A stretch of DNA of 64,000 nucleotides from Callorhinchus milii (Eukaryota). Under the pieces are notes generated by a model, which searched no databases, was not told the DNA's origin, and saw only the letters and a list, made by a program, of their open reading frames with translations. The number at the start of each line of letters is the position of its first letter. The first letter of the stretch is position 1. The position numbers and the translations under genes are program-made. Positions 39,697 to 53,469 of the stretch are shown one piece after another. The DNA is taken from positions 41,666,001-41,730,000 of the forward strand of contig NW_024704743.1 of assembly GCF_018977255.1 (NCBI RefSeq), written 5' to 3'.

Positions 39697-42600
39697 AACT
39701 CCTGGATCTTAGTAAAGATGAGGAGACATCAGAGTTTATCTCAGGAGCATATCAAATTGAATTAATGAGTGATTCTCTTGCATACATTCTCCCTTGGAAC
39801 AGTACCAAAATCCTCATATCAATTAATGGCTGAGAAGGTGACAGAAATTGCTGCATTTTCAAGGAATGTGAAATGCTCTCACAATGGAATTCTTACCAAG
39901 TGAATCTGTGTGCCGTGACATTGGAACATAATTTGAGAGAAACTTGGCAGCACTATGTAGTCTCCAAAGTAAAAGCCTTGCGTTTGTACTGTTTAATTTC
40001 TATACTTGCTTTCTCGGGAATTGTGTATTATCATAATAATGCTTTACATTGCCGTATGCACAGCAGATTAAAACACTGATGTAAAGATGAAGATACTCTT
40101 GTGCAACAATAACCACTATTGTGCAAGTGCCATGGTATACATAGGAGAGCATATTCAAAACAGACTATTACGCCCGATGTAGCCCATTGTATTATGTTAC
40201 ATTGAGCAGCTAACCACAAAATAGCCATAAAAATATCACAATCCATATATAAAAAACTGTCACATTCAAACAAATAACAACTCAGGCAGAGACACACTGG
40301 AGTATCTGAATACATCTTTTTGTGCATGGTGTTTAAAATGGTAACATAATAAATATTCATTTATACAGTTTCCAATCCATTATGCACATAAATCCTAAAC
40401 ACAAAATATATCTTGTAAAAGCATAGTGAACTGCAGCATGAAGTTTCAAATTCACCAACAATATTTTTTCATGTAAGATTCATAGTGTGGCAGGAAAAAT
40501 AGCTCAGCATATCAGTCTCTGAATGAATCACATTGGACAGACATTGCCTAAAGGAAAACTGACAAGATCTGATTCACAGCTATTAAGTCTAATTCACTAC
40601 AGTGAAATCAGGTCCACAGGACTGCACTTTAAAAGGTGTTCTCAGTTGTGGGCTGAATGCAAGAGTTATTGCTTTTGTGCCCTAAGGTAGTTCTAAAAAA
40701 AATTCTTAATGGAAATTGATAATAAGAACACATTATATTGGTAAAAGGAGTAGATAAGTATTTGACAAGCTTTCTCCTTAACATTTTTGACCCAATCCCC
40801 TTGGAGTTTTGACCCCAAACGTTGCCACACTGGTTAACAAAATATTCTTTATTTACGAATGATGCTTGAAAAGTTTTATTTGTGTGTGGCAACCATTCCA
40901 GTTAAATTCAATAGGAATAAACAAAGAAAATCTAATTGTAAGCTCAGCAATGACCAAAGAGAAGCAAAGTGTAAGGTCTTTAAGCAGTTAAATAGAAATT
41001 CTCATTGCAACAAGGCTGAAGAGTAATCGCCTCATCCAATGTTCAGGTCATGATTGTGAATAAAACCCAAAAATCTAACTCATTTTGACTTGGGAGAGAT
41101 GGGGACGGAACTGTCAGTCAAACGTGACAAGACTGATTTTACAGATTTATTTTTCAGGACATTGAGACTTTGTTGGCACAGAAAATATCTGCCACATTTG
41201 CCTATGAAACAGTCACTACAGTTTACATTAATTACTGGCAAAGCGATCTGTTGCTTTTCAACATGATAAAGCAGTAGAAATGCAAGTCACTTTTTTAATT
41301 TATCCTCTGACCCCTCTGCTACACCCGATCTTCTGGAACTTTTTACCTCAACTCTTTTGCCTTACTCTCTTTTGTCCACTCTTCACAGCTAGAGCTCTGT
41401 GCCCTAGTGAATGATTGATAATGAAGCAAAGAAAAAGGATTTGTTTTATTATTGCAATTATCTTCATTTTCAGCAGTTCTATCATTTATAGCATGCAATG
41501 CACAGCATAAGATCTATATGCATGATAAAAAGAGATAATGTATGTAGTACTTGACTTGTAGGCATTAATTGCAGAGCCTGGGCTATGTATGAGATGGTGT
41601 TGAGATATTGATTATATGGTAGCAAATCAGTAACTCAGGAAAGGGAAGGTGGACTCTGGGGAGAACTTCTTGACTCAGCCTCAGAGAAAACAATGTTTTT
41701 TCATAGTTAGACAATTTTCAACAGTGCCTCCAGATGATGTGCCATCAAATTAATGAATCTTCAGCCAAGACACAGATTAAAACAAAACTCAGGCATTTTC
41801 CTCCTGCTTGTGTACAGGAAATTACTGCAAGGAGCACTGGGAGCCTGGGTCACGTTCAATGGTATGATGGCTAATACATTTGATCATATGCAGTAACATG
41901 TTCTTTGAGTGTGCAAGGAAAATCTGCAAGATTGTGCCTTCTCCTCAAATTGGTAGCACACTCACCTCTATGGGTCAGAAGGCTGTGGGTTCAAGCTCCA
42001 CTTCAGGCCTGCACTCATAATTTTTAGGCTGATATTTCAGGGCACTACTGAAACATCTGAGTGCTTGTGTGTGGTTTTGTAGTGATATCTGGTAATGAAT
42101 CGTGCCATTTTATTTTAAACTCAATACTGAGCTCCCTTCTGACATGGTTGCCTTCTGATTCATCTTGAGATCAAGTTACAATAATAATTGAAATGTCTTA
42201 AATAGCTGAAAAGTAATTGCCGTGAATTGCAGTGACTGTTTATCAGTAGGCTATCGTCCAGCCAATTTTGGCAAGGCAAAGTCCCAAAAGCATTCATGAA
42301 GCGAAGGATCAATTTATCTCGAGAATAGTTGCCAAGAACACATCGCCACTATACCATTTTTAATAGTTGGCATTTTAGTAACTGGTCAAACCGTCTTATT
42401 GCAGAAAGCAAATCAGACCTCATCAATGTTCGATTATCCCCTGCTGAGTGGGACAATTCTCCTCTTTGCCTTTTAATTAACTACCACAGATAATATTGAA
42501 CGTACTCACAGTCTTGCTCAAAACAGCTGAGCAGATGTCTCTGAGTATTCTCCTGAACTGAAACTCTCTGACTGTTCACATTCAGTTCATTATCTCTCCA

Positions 42601-43059
42601 GATGTACATTTAAATGAAATGATTTTCTCAGTCATTACACAATGCTCCGTAATATGTTGGGCCATAAATATAATTCGGGAAGATTTGGAGCCTTCCTGAT
42701 CTATGTGATCAATGTTCTGGTATCAAATTAAAACTAAAAATATTAATTTGATTTTGGCTTAATTAGCTGGAATCTCCATTATTAATCCCAGTGCACAATC
42801 TAGAAGCTCTGCAGCTATTCCCTCAGTAGTTCCTTGCGTTGCAATGGAATTGCTGATCAGACGCAGGATATTAGTCCTGTAGCTCAGTGGTTAGAGCACT
42901 TGCCTCGCAAGCGAGAGACCTGGGTTTGATTCCCGGCAGGGCAAAATCTTGGGCAACTTTCCTTATTCCACACGTTTCTGTTTACCTAGAACTAAGTAGG
43001 AACCCGGTGCAAGTCAATTGATGGACCACTTTTCCGGGGTTAATAATTCCTTCAAATAA

Positions 43060-43350
43060 AGCCTGTACCTGGAATGGCAGACCAATCACTGGGGGCAGGG
43101 AGTCATCCCAATCAGCCCCTGTTAACCCTGCAAGCCAAAGCCCTAAGGGATAGGGCGGTCCTAGCTGGGCAAGCAGTGAGAAAGCTTGCCGGACAGCGAT
43201 ATCAATGGCAAGCTATGCAGTTTTAGCTGGTTCAACTCCAGCAGAAACCCAACGTGCATTCTGGGGTCCCCAAACTTCGGCTCTTGCCAACCTGCGCCTA
43301 GTACTTTCCGGAATTAGGATGCATCCATCTGGCGAGAGAGTGTGCATTCT
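43060..43350 (+). repeat. Unclassified repeat family X, copy 4
   Basis: Best-preserved core; directly follows a 5'-half SINE at 42872-43058. Confidence 0.65.
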
Positions 43351-44494
43351 ATTCCAACAATCTATCTCATTTCCATGTGTAAGTGAGGTGCATGGTTTTG
43401 GCATGTGTCAGACAGTCGACTAAAAGTAAGGTAAAAAAAAATAGCTTTTTGGCCTTGTTATTCTGATTGAAAAAAATATTTGTACAAAGTAAGTTCAGCA
43501 GCCTTCATGAGGATCATACTTTAATCACAGGTAATACTGGTCCATTCACTATCACTATGTCTTAACTGATGCAATTTCCTATTTTAAAGATTTTGCGTGA
43601 TCAATGTATGATTGACTCTGTTGAGGATATTGCAGGAGAAAATTCAATGCAGCAAGGATCAACTTGCTGCATGGAACTGATAAAAATGTTCAAACGAATA
43701 TAATGTAAATTAACATGCTATCTTTACAAATCTACAGATGACAAATTGTTTGAGTCCCTAAGAATAGAGACACAATAATCCTTGCATTTGATGTAGTTCT
43801 TTCACATCATGAGTATATCTCAGATGACTTCACAGGATATACTGTAAATTACAGTGAGTATGTATTTTATAGACAAATGCGACGGCTAATTTGCAAACAA
43901 CAATATCCCAGAAACATGACCAATTCTACCTTCATTCATTTCAAACAATCACAAGTTGCATTCACTATACATAGCACCCTTCACGCAGGATAGTATCTCG
44001 GAGTACTGAAACCTACAGCTGCATGTGTGGATTTCCATGTCCCTCAACCACCTGCTGGGAACGCTTGACAATTGAGATCACAGACCCTTAGTAATAGTAA
44101 AAAAAAGTAAGGCGCTTTTATTACTATAATATGAGAGATGAGCGATTTTCTTTCATGGAAAAATAAGATATTTTGTGTTTTGTTCGCTGTCAGACTCCAG
44201 TGGGGGTTGTGGGAGGCAGAAATCAAATTGAGGACAGGCATTCTAAAAAGATGTTTCACTTTGTGAGGCTCTCATAAATGCAGCACATTAACAGATTGGG
44301 TGTGTGATGCAGTCTGACTGTGCCAAAAAAAAGTTATTCTAATAATTACTGAGACAGAGTTAGCACTAGACATTCACAGACTGTCAATGAGGACCTTGTA
44401 TGACATGGTTTCATTTTATTTATGGCTATTGTGTCATGGTTTATCATGTGATATCCATTTGGGGTTTGATGCTTATTGCCACGAATAAACTAAC

Positions 44495-44860
44495 AATAAT
44501 CATAATCCTTGCATTTGATATAGGGCCTCATCACATCATTAAAACATCTCAAAACACTTCACAGAATGTGTATTGTAAAGTGGATTGACTGTATATTTTT
44601 TGAGGTGGAAATGCGGCAGCCAGTTGCTCACAGCAGTGTCCCAGAAACAGTCATGGATTGAGTGACCACATTTTGTTTGAGGGATTAATACCCACGGAAA
44701 GTAATCTGACAATCGACTGACAACCGGGTTCCTACTTACTGCTGGGTAAACAAAGGTTTGTGGAGTAAGGAAACTTGCCTAAGGTTTCGCCTTGCCCGGG
44801 AATCGAACTCTGGCCCTCTTGCTTGTGAGGCGATGCGATAACCATTACACTACGGGACTC
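44495..44860 (-). mobile_element. tRNA-derived SINE, long subfamily
   Basis: Complete reverse copy. Confidence 0.9.
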
Positions 44861-46132
44861 GATAGAGCAATCATTTAGGAAAAAAATGCTGGTCATAAAA
44901 CTGTTATATTATTACTCAAGGTTTTGTATTAGTTTGTTTGATTATTTATTTCTATGCATTGAAGACAATTACTGCAGTGAGAGATGGGCTATCATTATGG
45001 TGCAATAAAACTCCACATGACGTTCAGAATAATGAGCATAAGTCAAGTATCTGGAACAAATAGTTGCCGAAACAGTGAAGTACTCAATGTGAAATGTTGT
45101 CCAGCCAAAATCTGATGTATTAGAGAATTTTAATCTTGCAGTCCCTCTGCTGAGCACTAAGTCTCAAAATCAAAACCTCCTACAGCCAAAGTGCAAACGG
45201 TGGCTGCAATCTTCCCATTACTACTGAAGGTGCCAAGTAATGTGGATAAAATGACCGTTTTGAACAATCTCAAAAGCAATCATCTGTTTAGGGGAAATTT
45301 CACCCTTCATCCAAATGAAATAGTCAATTGTCAATGGAGCAATGGTGTTCACAAAGGCAGATGGAAGAGCAGCATTAAAGAGATGACAGAATCATTGCTG
45401 TGCTGCACTGCCAGCAGTTGGTAATGAGGCTGTTTCAGCTTCTTTCTACCAGTCTAATTCTGCTGCCTCTTCTGAACTGTGAGGATTTGCCGCACAACCT
45501 GCCTCAATGAGATTCAAATAAAAACACGCAGAAAGCAGACACCCACCACTTCTGCCTCTTATATACCACGGTATCAAACACTGGTTTGATACTGGTTTCA
45601 GTTCCAGAGAGAGAACAATGAGAATGAAATGGAAATCATGAGCAGAATCATTTCATTGTTGTCTCTCTGGAAGCAGTATCACCATGGAGTAAGGATAATT
45701 TATGTAGAAGATGAAGGGGAACGCAAACCAAAATAAACACAGTAATAAAGATCCCGCTGGATCTATTGCACCAAAGTGTTGAAGTTTAATTGGGGAGAGT
45801 TAATTGGGGTCACCTTGTAGTTTTGCTAGTTCCTACAGCGAGAGTGTGCATTCTATTTCGGACACAGGAAAACTTGAATATGAAGGTGGCAAACAAAGCC
45901 GGATGACCAAAAAAAAATATGGGAAGTGATCATTTTTTTGAAAATAAATTGTGTTCATTATTTTCTTCGTATAACAAATGACAGACAACTGCTAAGGATA
46001 ATAAACAACCACTGAGCCTATTACTTCTGAATGCATCATAATAGAGACCTGCAGAGATTATACAACACAACTTGCATTTATATAGCGACCTTCACGTGGG
46101 GCAGCACCTTGCAGCACTTATGTTCTGTCAAA

Positions 46133-46498
46133 AATAATAATAATCCTTGCATCTGATATAGCGCTTTACACGTCTTCTAGACGTCTCAAAGCGCTTCACA
46201 GCATATACCGTAAAGTTAATTGACTGCATGTTTGTGTGTGAAACACAGCAGCCAATTGCGCACAGCAGTGTGTCACAAACAGTCGTGGATTAAAGTGACC
46301 AATTTATTGTTTTTTTAAGGATTATTATCCCTGGAAAAGTGATTCGCCAATCGACTAACAACCAGGTTCCTACTTACTGCTAGGTAAACAGAGACGTGTG
46401 GAGTAAGGAGACTTGCCCAACATTTCGCACTGCCGGGAATAGAACCCAGGTCTCTTGCTTGCAAGGCGAGTGCTCTAACCATTGAGCTACAGGTCTCC
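46133..46498 (-). mobile_element. tRNA-derived SINE, long subfamily
   Basis: Complete reverse copy. Confidence 0.9.
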
Positions 46499-46658
46499 AT
46501 ATTAATGCAATATTAATACAGAACATAAGTAGCAAAGAAACAGTGCAATTGAGTCTCTCAACTAAAATGATGAATAATGTAAGCATTCGTTGTCCCTGGT
46601 TTATTGTTCACTGAAGAGCAAAACTTGAGACCTGAAATGCTGGAATGTGTATTTCCAG

Positions 46659-46766
46659 ATCTTAAAAGAAAACATAGATTCTTTCATATTGACCTTCTTC
46701 CAAATAGTATACGCCATCCTCTCCAGTGGTATTCTGGTCAGATATCGCGTAACAGGTAATCCCCAT
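46659..46766. other. Candidate orphan exon (strand unresolved)
   Basis: Non-repeat sequence retaining CpGs. Plus: tatttccag|46659-46755|gtaatc. Minus: ttctcttttgtag|46766-46694|gtcaat. Open frames on both strands; product not recognised. Confidence 0.25.
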
Positions 46767-47039
46767 CTACAAAAGAGAACAGTTCCAAAAGCATTGAGCA
46801 ACCATGTTATTTACATGTAAGGGTAATCTTTTTTCAGTGGTCATTAAGCCCTTTAGATAGCTATTTGTTTGCATCTGATTTTAATCACATCCTGCGCAAG
46901 ATTGCGGCATTTTCCAATAAACTGCAGTTGAGCTTTTGGCTAGCAGTAAATCAGTGCTCAGCAGTGACAATCACAGTTTTTACGCTTTAACAAGGTGAAA
47001 ACAAGTCTCTTGACTCTCATAATACACCAACGCCTCTGT

Positions 47040-47400
47040 TCAGAACACAGGAACAGGAGAAACCGATTCAGCCCATCAAGCCTGCTCCAGCACAACCTAT
47101 TCCATGCCTCATGTATTAGAAACCTCTGCTCATACCAATTTCCCCTTTCTGCCATATTACTTAAAATGTTTACTCCCCAAAATATCCACTACTCTCTTGA
47201 ATCCCTCAATTAATTTCTTATTGACGGTTTTGTGAAAAAGCACATTCCAAATTCTTATTGTTCTCTGCAAAAAGAAATGTTTCTGCCATCTCAATCCTCA
47301 CCTGTTTTGTCCTAATTTTAAGGTCATGTCCTCTTGTACCTAATCGACCTACCATACGAAAATGTCAGATATCTAATTTATGGAAATATTTCAATATCTT
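47040..47400 (-). mobile_element. CR1 LINE 3' end
   Basis: AGAACACAGGAACAGGAGAAACCGATTCAGCCCATC is the reverse of a CR1-type terminus. Confidence 0.7.
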
Positions 47401-49514
47401 AAATTAATAATAATAACGATATAGCTCCTTATCATGCCATCAAGACGTGTCAGAATTTTACTGTGAAGTATAGTGACAGTGTATTTTGTGGGTGAACATG
47501 CCAGCCAGGATCTTGGGTTGATATCTCATCAAGAGGGTTTTGGGTCAAAATCATGAAATCCAAGTGTTTTACCCCCTCTAATTTTTCCACTACAATATTT
47601 CTGTTTTCTGTGATCTTATTTAGTGTGTCTTGACTAAAAGTCACTTTATGGCAGGTATTCTGGAAGGATAAGATCAAAAGGGCCAAAGGGCCTTCTTTAT
47701 CTAAACTAATCTTGTGATTTTTCTTGCAACAATAGTGCATTGTTGCCTCTTTCTACCACAAAATGATGGAAGTAATGGGGAGGATGATTGCTACGAGACG
47801 CTAGTACACGTCGGCTGGCAAGGATGGGGGTAAAGGCTGTGAAAGAGTCTGTTGAGATGAATTGGAAGGTGTGGATGATCAGTTAGGGAGGCAATGATGA
47901 GAGCTTTGGAGATATCTAGCGTTAAGATGACAAAAGCATAGAAAAGTGTTTTGGGTGTGGATTCAGTGAGGTACGAAGGCTGGCATGGATATAGGATCTG
48001 TGTAGTTTTTGAAATTTAGCTGGGAGTCAGACAAACACTGGCTAAGTCACCCAGAACAACCAACCATATATAAACTTAGATCCTGTTTATCTGTTCAGGG
48101 GTTTGAGTCAAAGAGAAGAAGATAAAGGCACTGACAAGAGCTGTAGAAAATAGCTTCATAAAGGACAGTAGATAAGATTTGTGTCAAATAATAACCAAGG
48201 CAACAACTATTCAATGCATCATTAAGAGCTTCTACTCATTCATCGAATATATTAATCACTGATATAAAGCACCTCCCTGACTAAATATTGAGGTGTGCTT
48301 CACATGCTGGAAACTTACTTGCAATTGCCAACTTGAAAAAAAGGTCCTATCTAAAGATGCTACCAATTATAAAGTACCCTGGAGAGTCTTTGACTACTGA
48401 AAGACAAAAATAACATGTCAGCCAACGATTCAGTTTGGAATAATGTGCCAAATGAGGATGAGGACTTGGGGATCAATTGTCACTTATAGAGAAATGGTGA
48501 AATGTGTTATATTGTAGGCATATTCAAGTGGATATTTATGCAATTTTGACAATTATCTTGCCAATTTAACTGCATAATTTCTCCTTTTAAAATCCCTTAA
48601 AAAATATTTATTTGGTATCTATGAAGTTCGCAAATGTGTACATTAAAATGTTATTGTATGGAGGATCTTTTGTTTTGCAGAATACAGAAATATCTCTCTT
48701 AGGAGAGCTTTAATGTAATGGAAAACAGATCAAATGCTGCCAACTTGGTTTGTTGGTCCAAAATTCAAAACATGAACTAATGTCTATTAGCATGCCTAAC
48801 CTGAGGAAACCTCTTTTATTTGGGTCATAGGTCAAAAAGATGACACACATAAGAAGCAGTAAATCTGGGAAATAGACAATGAAAAGAAAATCTAAGGATA
48901 TTTATCATCACTAACCTTCTGATAGAAGGTTTTTCAATATTTCTCAGCCCACCTGCAATTAAACCAGCGACAGCTACATAATCTTAAATCATGCATGATT
49001 TATCTATGACTTACTGAATTTCTTTCCTAACATGTTCCTAGCAGTTCAGGCAACGAACGCCTTGATAATCCAAAATAATAATTTGAATTGTAGATATGAT
49101 CTGGTATCAATTCATTGAATGCTACCCATAACTTCTTAGTTTCAATGGGGAACTACCACCTTAATTTGGACTCAAGTCACTGCTGTCAAAGCCTCATGAT
49201 GTGAACTGATTTTTCACAGGGACAAATGATAAACACAGACTGGCCAGAAACAGGGAATGACATTTAACAGTCTCATCTTTAGGAGGAGATAATGTCAATC
49301 ATCTCTCATAAATTGAATTTTTCCGAATTTTAATTGATTAATGAATAAATCAATAGGTGAAACACAGTATTCAGAGCACAGAATGTAAAATATTAAATAA
49401 AAGGTAAAGAAACAAAAAATAAAATAAACAAAAATATTGCCAATGTTTCCGAAAATAGTTAGAGAATAGAGCAGTCCAGGAATTACTGATGCACATGTTT
49501 CCAATCAGGTTCAA

Positions 49515-50697
49515 CTCTCCCTCTCTCCTTCACATCAAATCCTGGATGAGAGCTAACTTTCTTCAGTTGAACGTCAACAAGACCGGTGCCCTCCTGATTG
49601 GCTCCCGTCAGCGCCTCCTCACCTCAGGCGCTGACAGCATCACCATCTATGGTTGCACACTCCACCTTACTAATAATAATAATAATCCTTGCATTTGATT
49701 TAGCGCTTTTCACGTCGGGAGAAAGTCCCAAAGAGCTTCACAGAACACACTGTAAAGTGAATTGACCGTATATTTGTGGGCGAACGCTGCAGCCAATTGC
49801 GCACAGCAATGTCCCACAAACAGTCGTAGATTGAAAGTGACCAATTTATTATTGTTTTTGGTTTTGGAGGGATTATTATTAGGCGTGTGGAGTGAGGAAA
49901 CTTGCCCAAGGTTTCGCTCTGTCTGGAATTGAACTCAGGTCTCTCGCTTGCAAAGCGAGTGCTCTAACCACTGAGCTAAGCCAGTCCGGAACCTTGGGGT
50001 CTTGTTTGACGCTCAACTATCCTTTCTAACCCACATCTGCGCCATGACCCGCTCTGCCTTCCCTCACCCCCGCAATATCGCCCGGCTCCACCACTGTCTC
50101 ACACAGCCGGCCGCCGAGACCCTCATACACGCATTCATAACATCCAGGTTTGACTATGCAAACTCCCTGTTTGTCGGCCTCCCCAACTCCCCCTCCATAG
50201 GCTGCAGATCATCCAGAATTCTGCAGGCCGGGTCCTCTCTTGCACCAGGCTCCATGACCCTATCATCCTTGCCTAACTCCACTGGCTTCCCATCATACAG
50301 AGGATACAGTTCAAGATCCTGGTCCTCACCTTCAAAGTCCTCCATGACCTTGCTACCCCCTACCTCTACGACCTCCTAACCCCGTAACAACCTGTCCACT
50401 CCCTCCGATCAGCGGCTCTGGCTTGCCTGCCCCACCATTGGCGGGCGGACCTTCAGCTACTCTGCCATTACCTTCTGGAACTCCATCCTGCAGTCCCTCT
50501 GCCTCGCCCCCTTCCTTGCCTCCTTGAAGACCTGTGTCAGTAATCCCCTCTTCAACCTTTGATCACCCTCCGGCACCCCCTGCCCTCCACTCTTCTAGAT
50601 TCCGACCCCCTTCTTGGGTCCGAAACACTGATTGTCCAACGCCTTGGGATGTCCTCCCGACTGACGCTATACAAATGTAATTTTGTGGTTGTTGTTT
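49515..50697 (+). mobile_element. L2 LINE 3' fragment interrupted by the SINE at 49674-49975
   Basis: IKSWMRANFLQLNVNKT before the SINE and ITSRFDYANSL after it; L2 tail near 50640-50697. Confidence 0.9.
49674..49975 (-). mobile_element. tRNA-derived SINE, short subfamily, nested in L2
   Basis: Flanked by CTAA at 49670-49673 and 49976-49979. Confidence 0.9.
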
Positions 50698-50859
50698 CCA
50701 CCTGACAATTATCCCCTCTTCCTCTACACATAAAAGGATTGTTTCATAGAATGTTAGACTCAGTTCAATTCTCAACATTTGTTATTGTAACAATAATCCT
50801 TACATTTGATGTAATGCCTTGGCACATCCTCCCGATGTGAAAGGCTCTATACCAATGTA

Positions 50860-51270
50860 ATTTGTTGCTGTCGTAGTGTCTTTCGTGTTGGGAGGACGTT
50901 TGAAAGTACTTCATAGAACACAATGTAAAGTGTTGTGACTGTAAATTTGTCAGGCGGAACATGGCTGCAGTGTCTGACAAACAGCTATAAAGTGAACGAT
51001 CAATTTTATTTGGTGATTGTTGGCCAGGACACCGGAAAAACTTCATTCTCTTTTCATATTAAATCATGGATTCTTTAACATCCACTTGATCAAGCTATGG
51101 GGACCTTGGTTTAGTCTCATCTGAAGCTCTGACAATTAGCACACCACCAGCATTGCACTGGTGTGTCAAAATTGAGTTAATTCAGTCAGTATACAAGTTC
51201 AAAACTCTGATGTGAAGCTTGAACATACGACCTTCTCATGAGAGGTTTTAACTGAATGAGGCTGACACAC
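50860..51270 (-). mobile_element. Deu-domain SINE, near full length
   Basis: L2-like tail, TGTTGGCCAGGACACCGG Deu core and tRNA-like head at the right end. Confidence 0.65.
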
Positions 51271-52654
51271 TAAGTATGGTTCTGTTCACAATAAATTATT
51301 GGAAACAAACTTGTCTTGTTCACACTTTGCTATGAACAGACCATCTGAGAATAACCCCTGACAACAGGGTGTATTTGGAGCCATCTGTAAGCTCATTGGT
51401 TTCTGGTTGTAAAGAAATTGGCAGATAACAACATTGTTAAATTGTCATATGATTCACTATTTATTTATATCTCAGTGTATCTAAATACTATGAAGTAGAT
51501 AATTTAGTGAATAGCAGTGCTGCTTATGAAAACTAGTGTCTTTCCAGATTTCAAAATAAGAATTAATCTAATAACATACTGCATGCTATTTTCCTAAAAG
51601 CTTTGTGTGTCTAGCGATAAATATCTGGACTATAAATAAACAAACGTGTTTTGCTGAATTGTCACACTAAAATCTTCAAAGTGTTATAAGAAGAGAACTG
51701 TAAACATTTTGACACAAAACATCTGTGTTTGCTGTATTTTACATTTTAAATTGTGTTTATTTGAAGTATCTTGGGAATGGGTGTTTTGCACTGAACACCA
51801 ACAGGACATCATGGCATTTTACTCCAGCAACATCATGAATGAGGATTGTTGACGTTTTATTGTTGGTGCAAAAGTGATAAGAAGGAGCATTACACAAAAT
51901 ATTTATTCACAGACTGCTCCGAACTCATCATTCCACAACCTCCATTGGAATATCTGACTGCTTTGAATATGTAATGAGACTGGGTTTCATGTTGTGTCTC
52001 TGCTTGTTAACACGTTTCACATTTGGTAAATAAGAAAATAAAAATACAGGGACAAGGATAAAACACACATGAGACTTGGGGGGAAGTATTTTGTCAACAA
52101 TTGCAAAAGAGAATATATATTTTGTCCAAGTTCATTTCACGGTAATGAAAGAGTCACGTTAACAACAGAAATATATTCCTTTATCAGATTTAAATGGTGT
52201 GATGGTTCTAAAGAACTGAAGTAATCCATGAGAGGAACCAATTATTTCCATAAGAGCTATTGACATACAATAATTCACACAACTATAGTAAGAGATGTAT
52301 CATGTCATGTGGTGGTATCATTAGGCATTTTACTCTTCTATAAGAGGTTAGGTTTCACTTATCTAAGCACAGCATTTCAAATAACTTACTTTGATCCAGA
52401 GAGTCAGAATTTAAGTGTTTCTTTTTTCATGGTTATTGGGTGCAAAATTTCAAGAGTATTGTATCTTTTTTTGTAGATTTTAATGAAATTACTGCTGTTG
52501 TACTGCTTTAGCTACAATTTACAAAAAAAGAACCTTTCCCATAAAATATGATCTCGTTGCTCAGGAAAACTTAGACAATTCAAAGGTAATAAGTATACTG
52601 CTTTATTACAGAGCTGTGAGACATTGAAGTTATATGTTTCTCTGTGATAGTGCA

Positions 52655-53130
52655 GAATTCAAGATCCTCATCCTCACCTACAAGGCCATTCACGGCCTTG
52701 CTCCTCCTCTCCAACCTACTATCCCCCTACCTACCTGCCCGTACCCTCCGTTCCTCTGGCTCCGGTCTGCTCCACGTCCCCGCCCAACCGCCCTACTATC
52801 GGTGGTCGGGCCTTCAGCCTCTCAGCCCGAGGCTCTGGAACTCCATCCCCCAGTGCCTTCGCCTTGCTTCCTTCCTTTCCTCCTTCAAGGCCGGTCTCAA
52901 AACCTTTCTCTTTGACCGTGCTTCAGCTCCCCTCTCGACTCTCTCCTCCTCGCTCCCTCCCTTCCCTCCCTCACCCTGACCATTTCCCCCTCCTCTCTCC
53001 TCCCTTCCCTTCCCTCACCCTGACCATTTCCCCCTGCTCGGGTCATGACCCAACTGTGCAGCGCCTTGGGACGTCCTCCTGACGTGAAAGGCGCTCTATA
53101 AATGGAATCTTGTTGTTGTTGTTGTTGTTG
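52655..53130 (+). mobile_element. L2 LINE 3' end, with a short tandem duplication in the 3' UTR
   Basis: EFKILILTYKAIHGLAP; tail AGCGCCTTGGGACGTCCTCCTGACGTGAAAGGCGCT plus (TTG)n. Confidence 0.9.
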
Positions 53131-53469
53131 AATTATAGGTACATCATGTGAACTTACGTAACTATTTTGGTTTCCTACAGATTTTATTCTACTCAGTTTG
53201 GATGAATCTTTTAAGAAGTGGGGTTGTAAATTTCAACATCAGCAAGTACCAAAGACTTTGGAACCCACTAACAATCCTTGCTGATCAGTCAGGTTTACTA
53301 AATAACACTAGGCAGATTTTTNCAGATGAATCATCCAAGATTAGCTGTATATAATTTAAGTTTGGTAAACCTTTAGCAGCAAACTGTAACAGGAGCACAG
53401 AATGGATTTCAAATGAGAGAAATTGGGTTAAAAATGTAAGGCAAAGAGTGAGAGAATGGGATAGTGGGT

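Noticed and set aside
53322..53322. Single ambiguous base n (also 62417)
   Set aside because: Assembly ambiguity, not biology.
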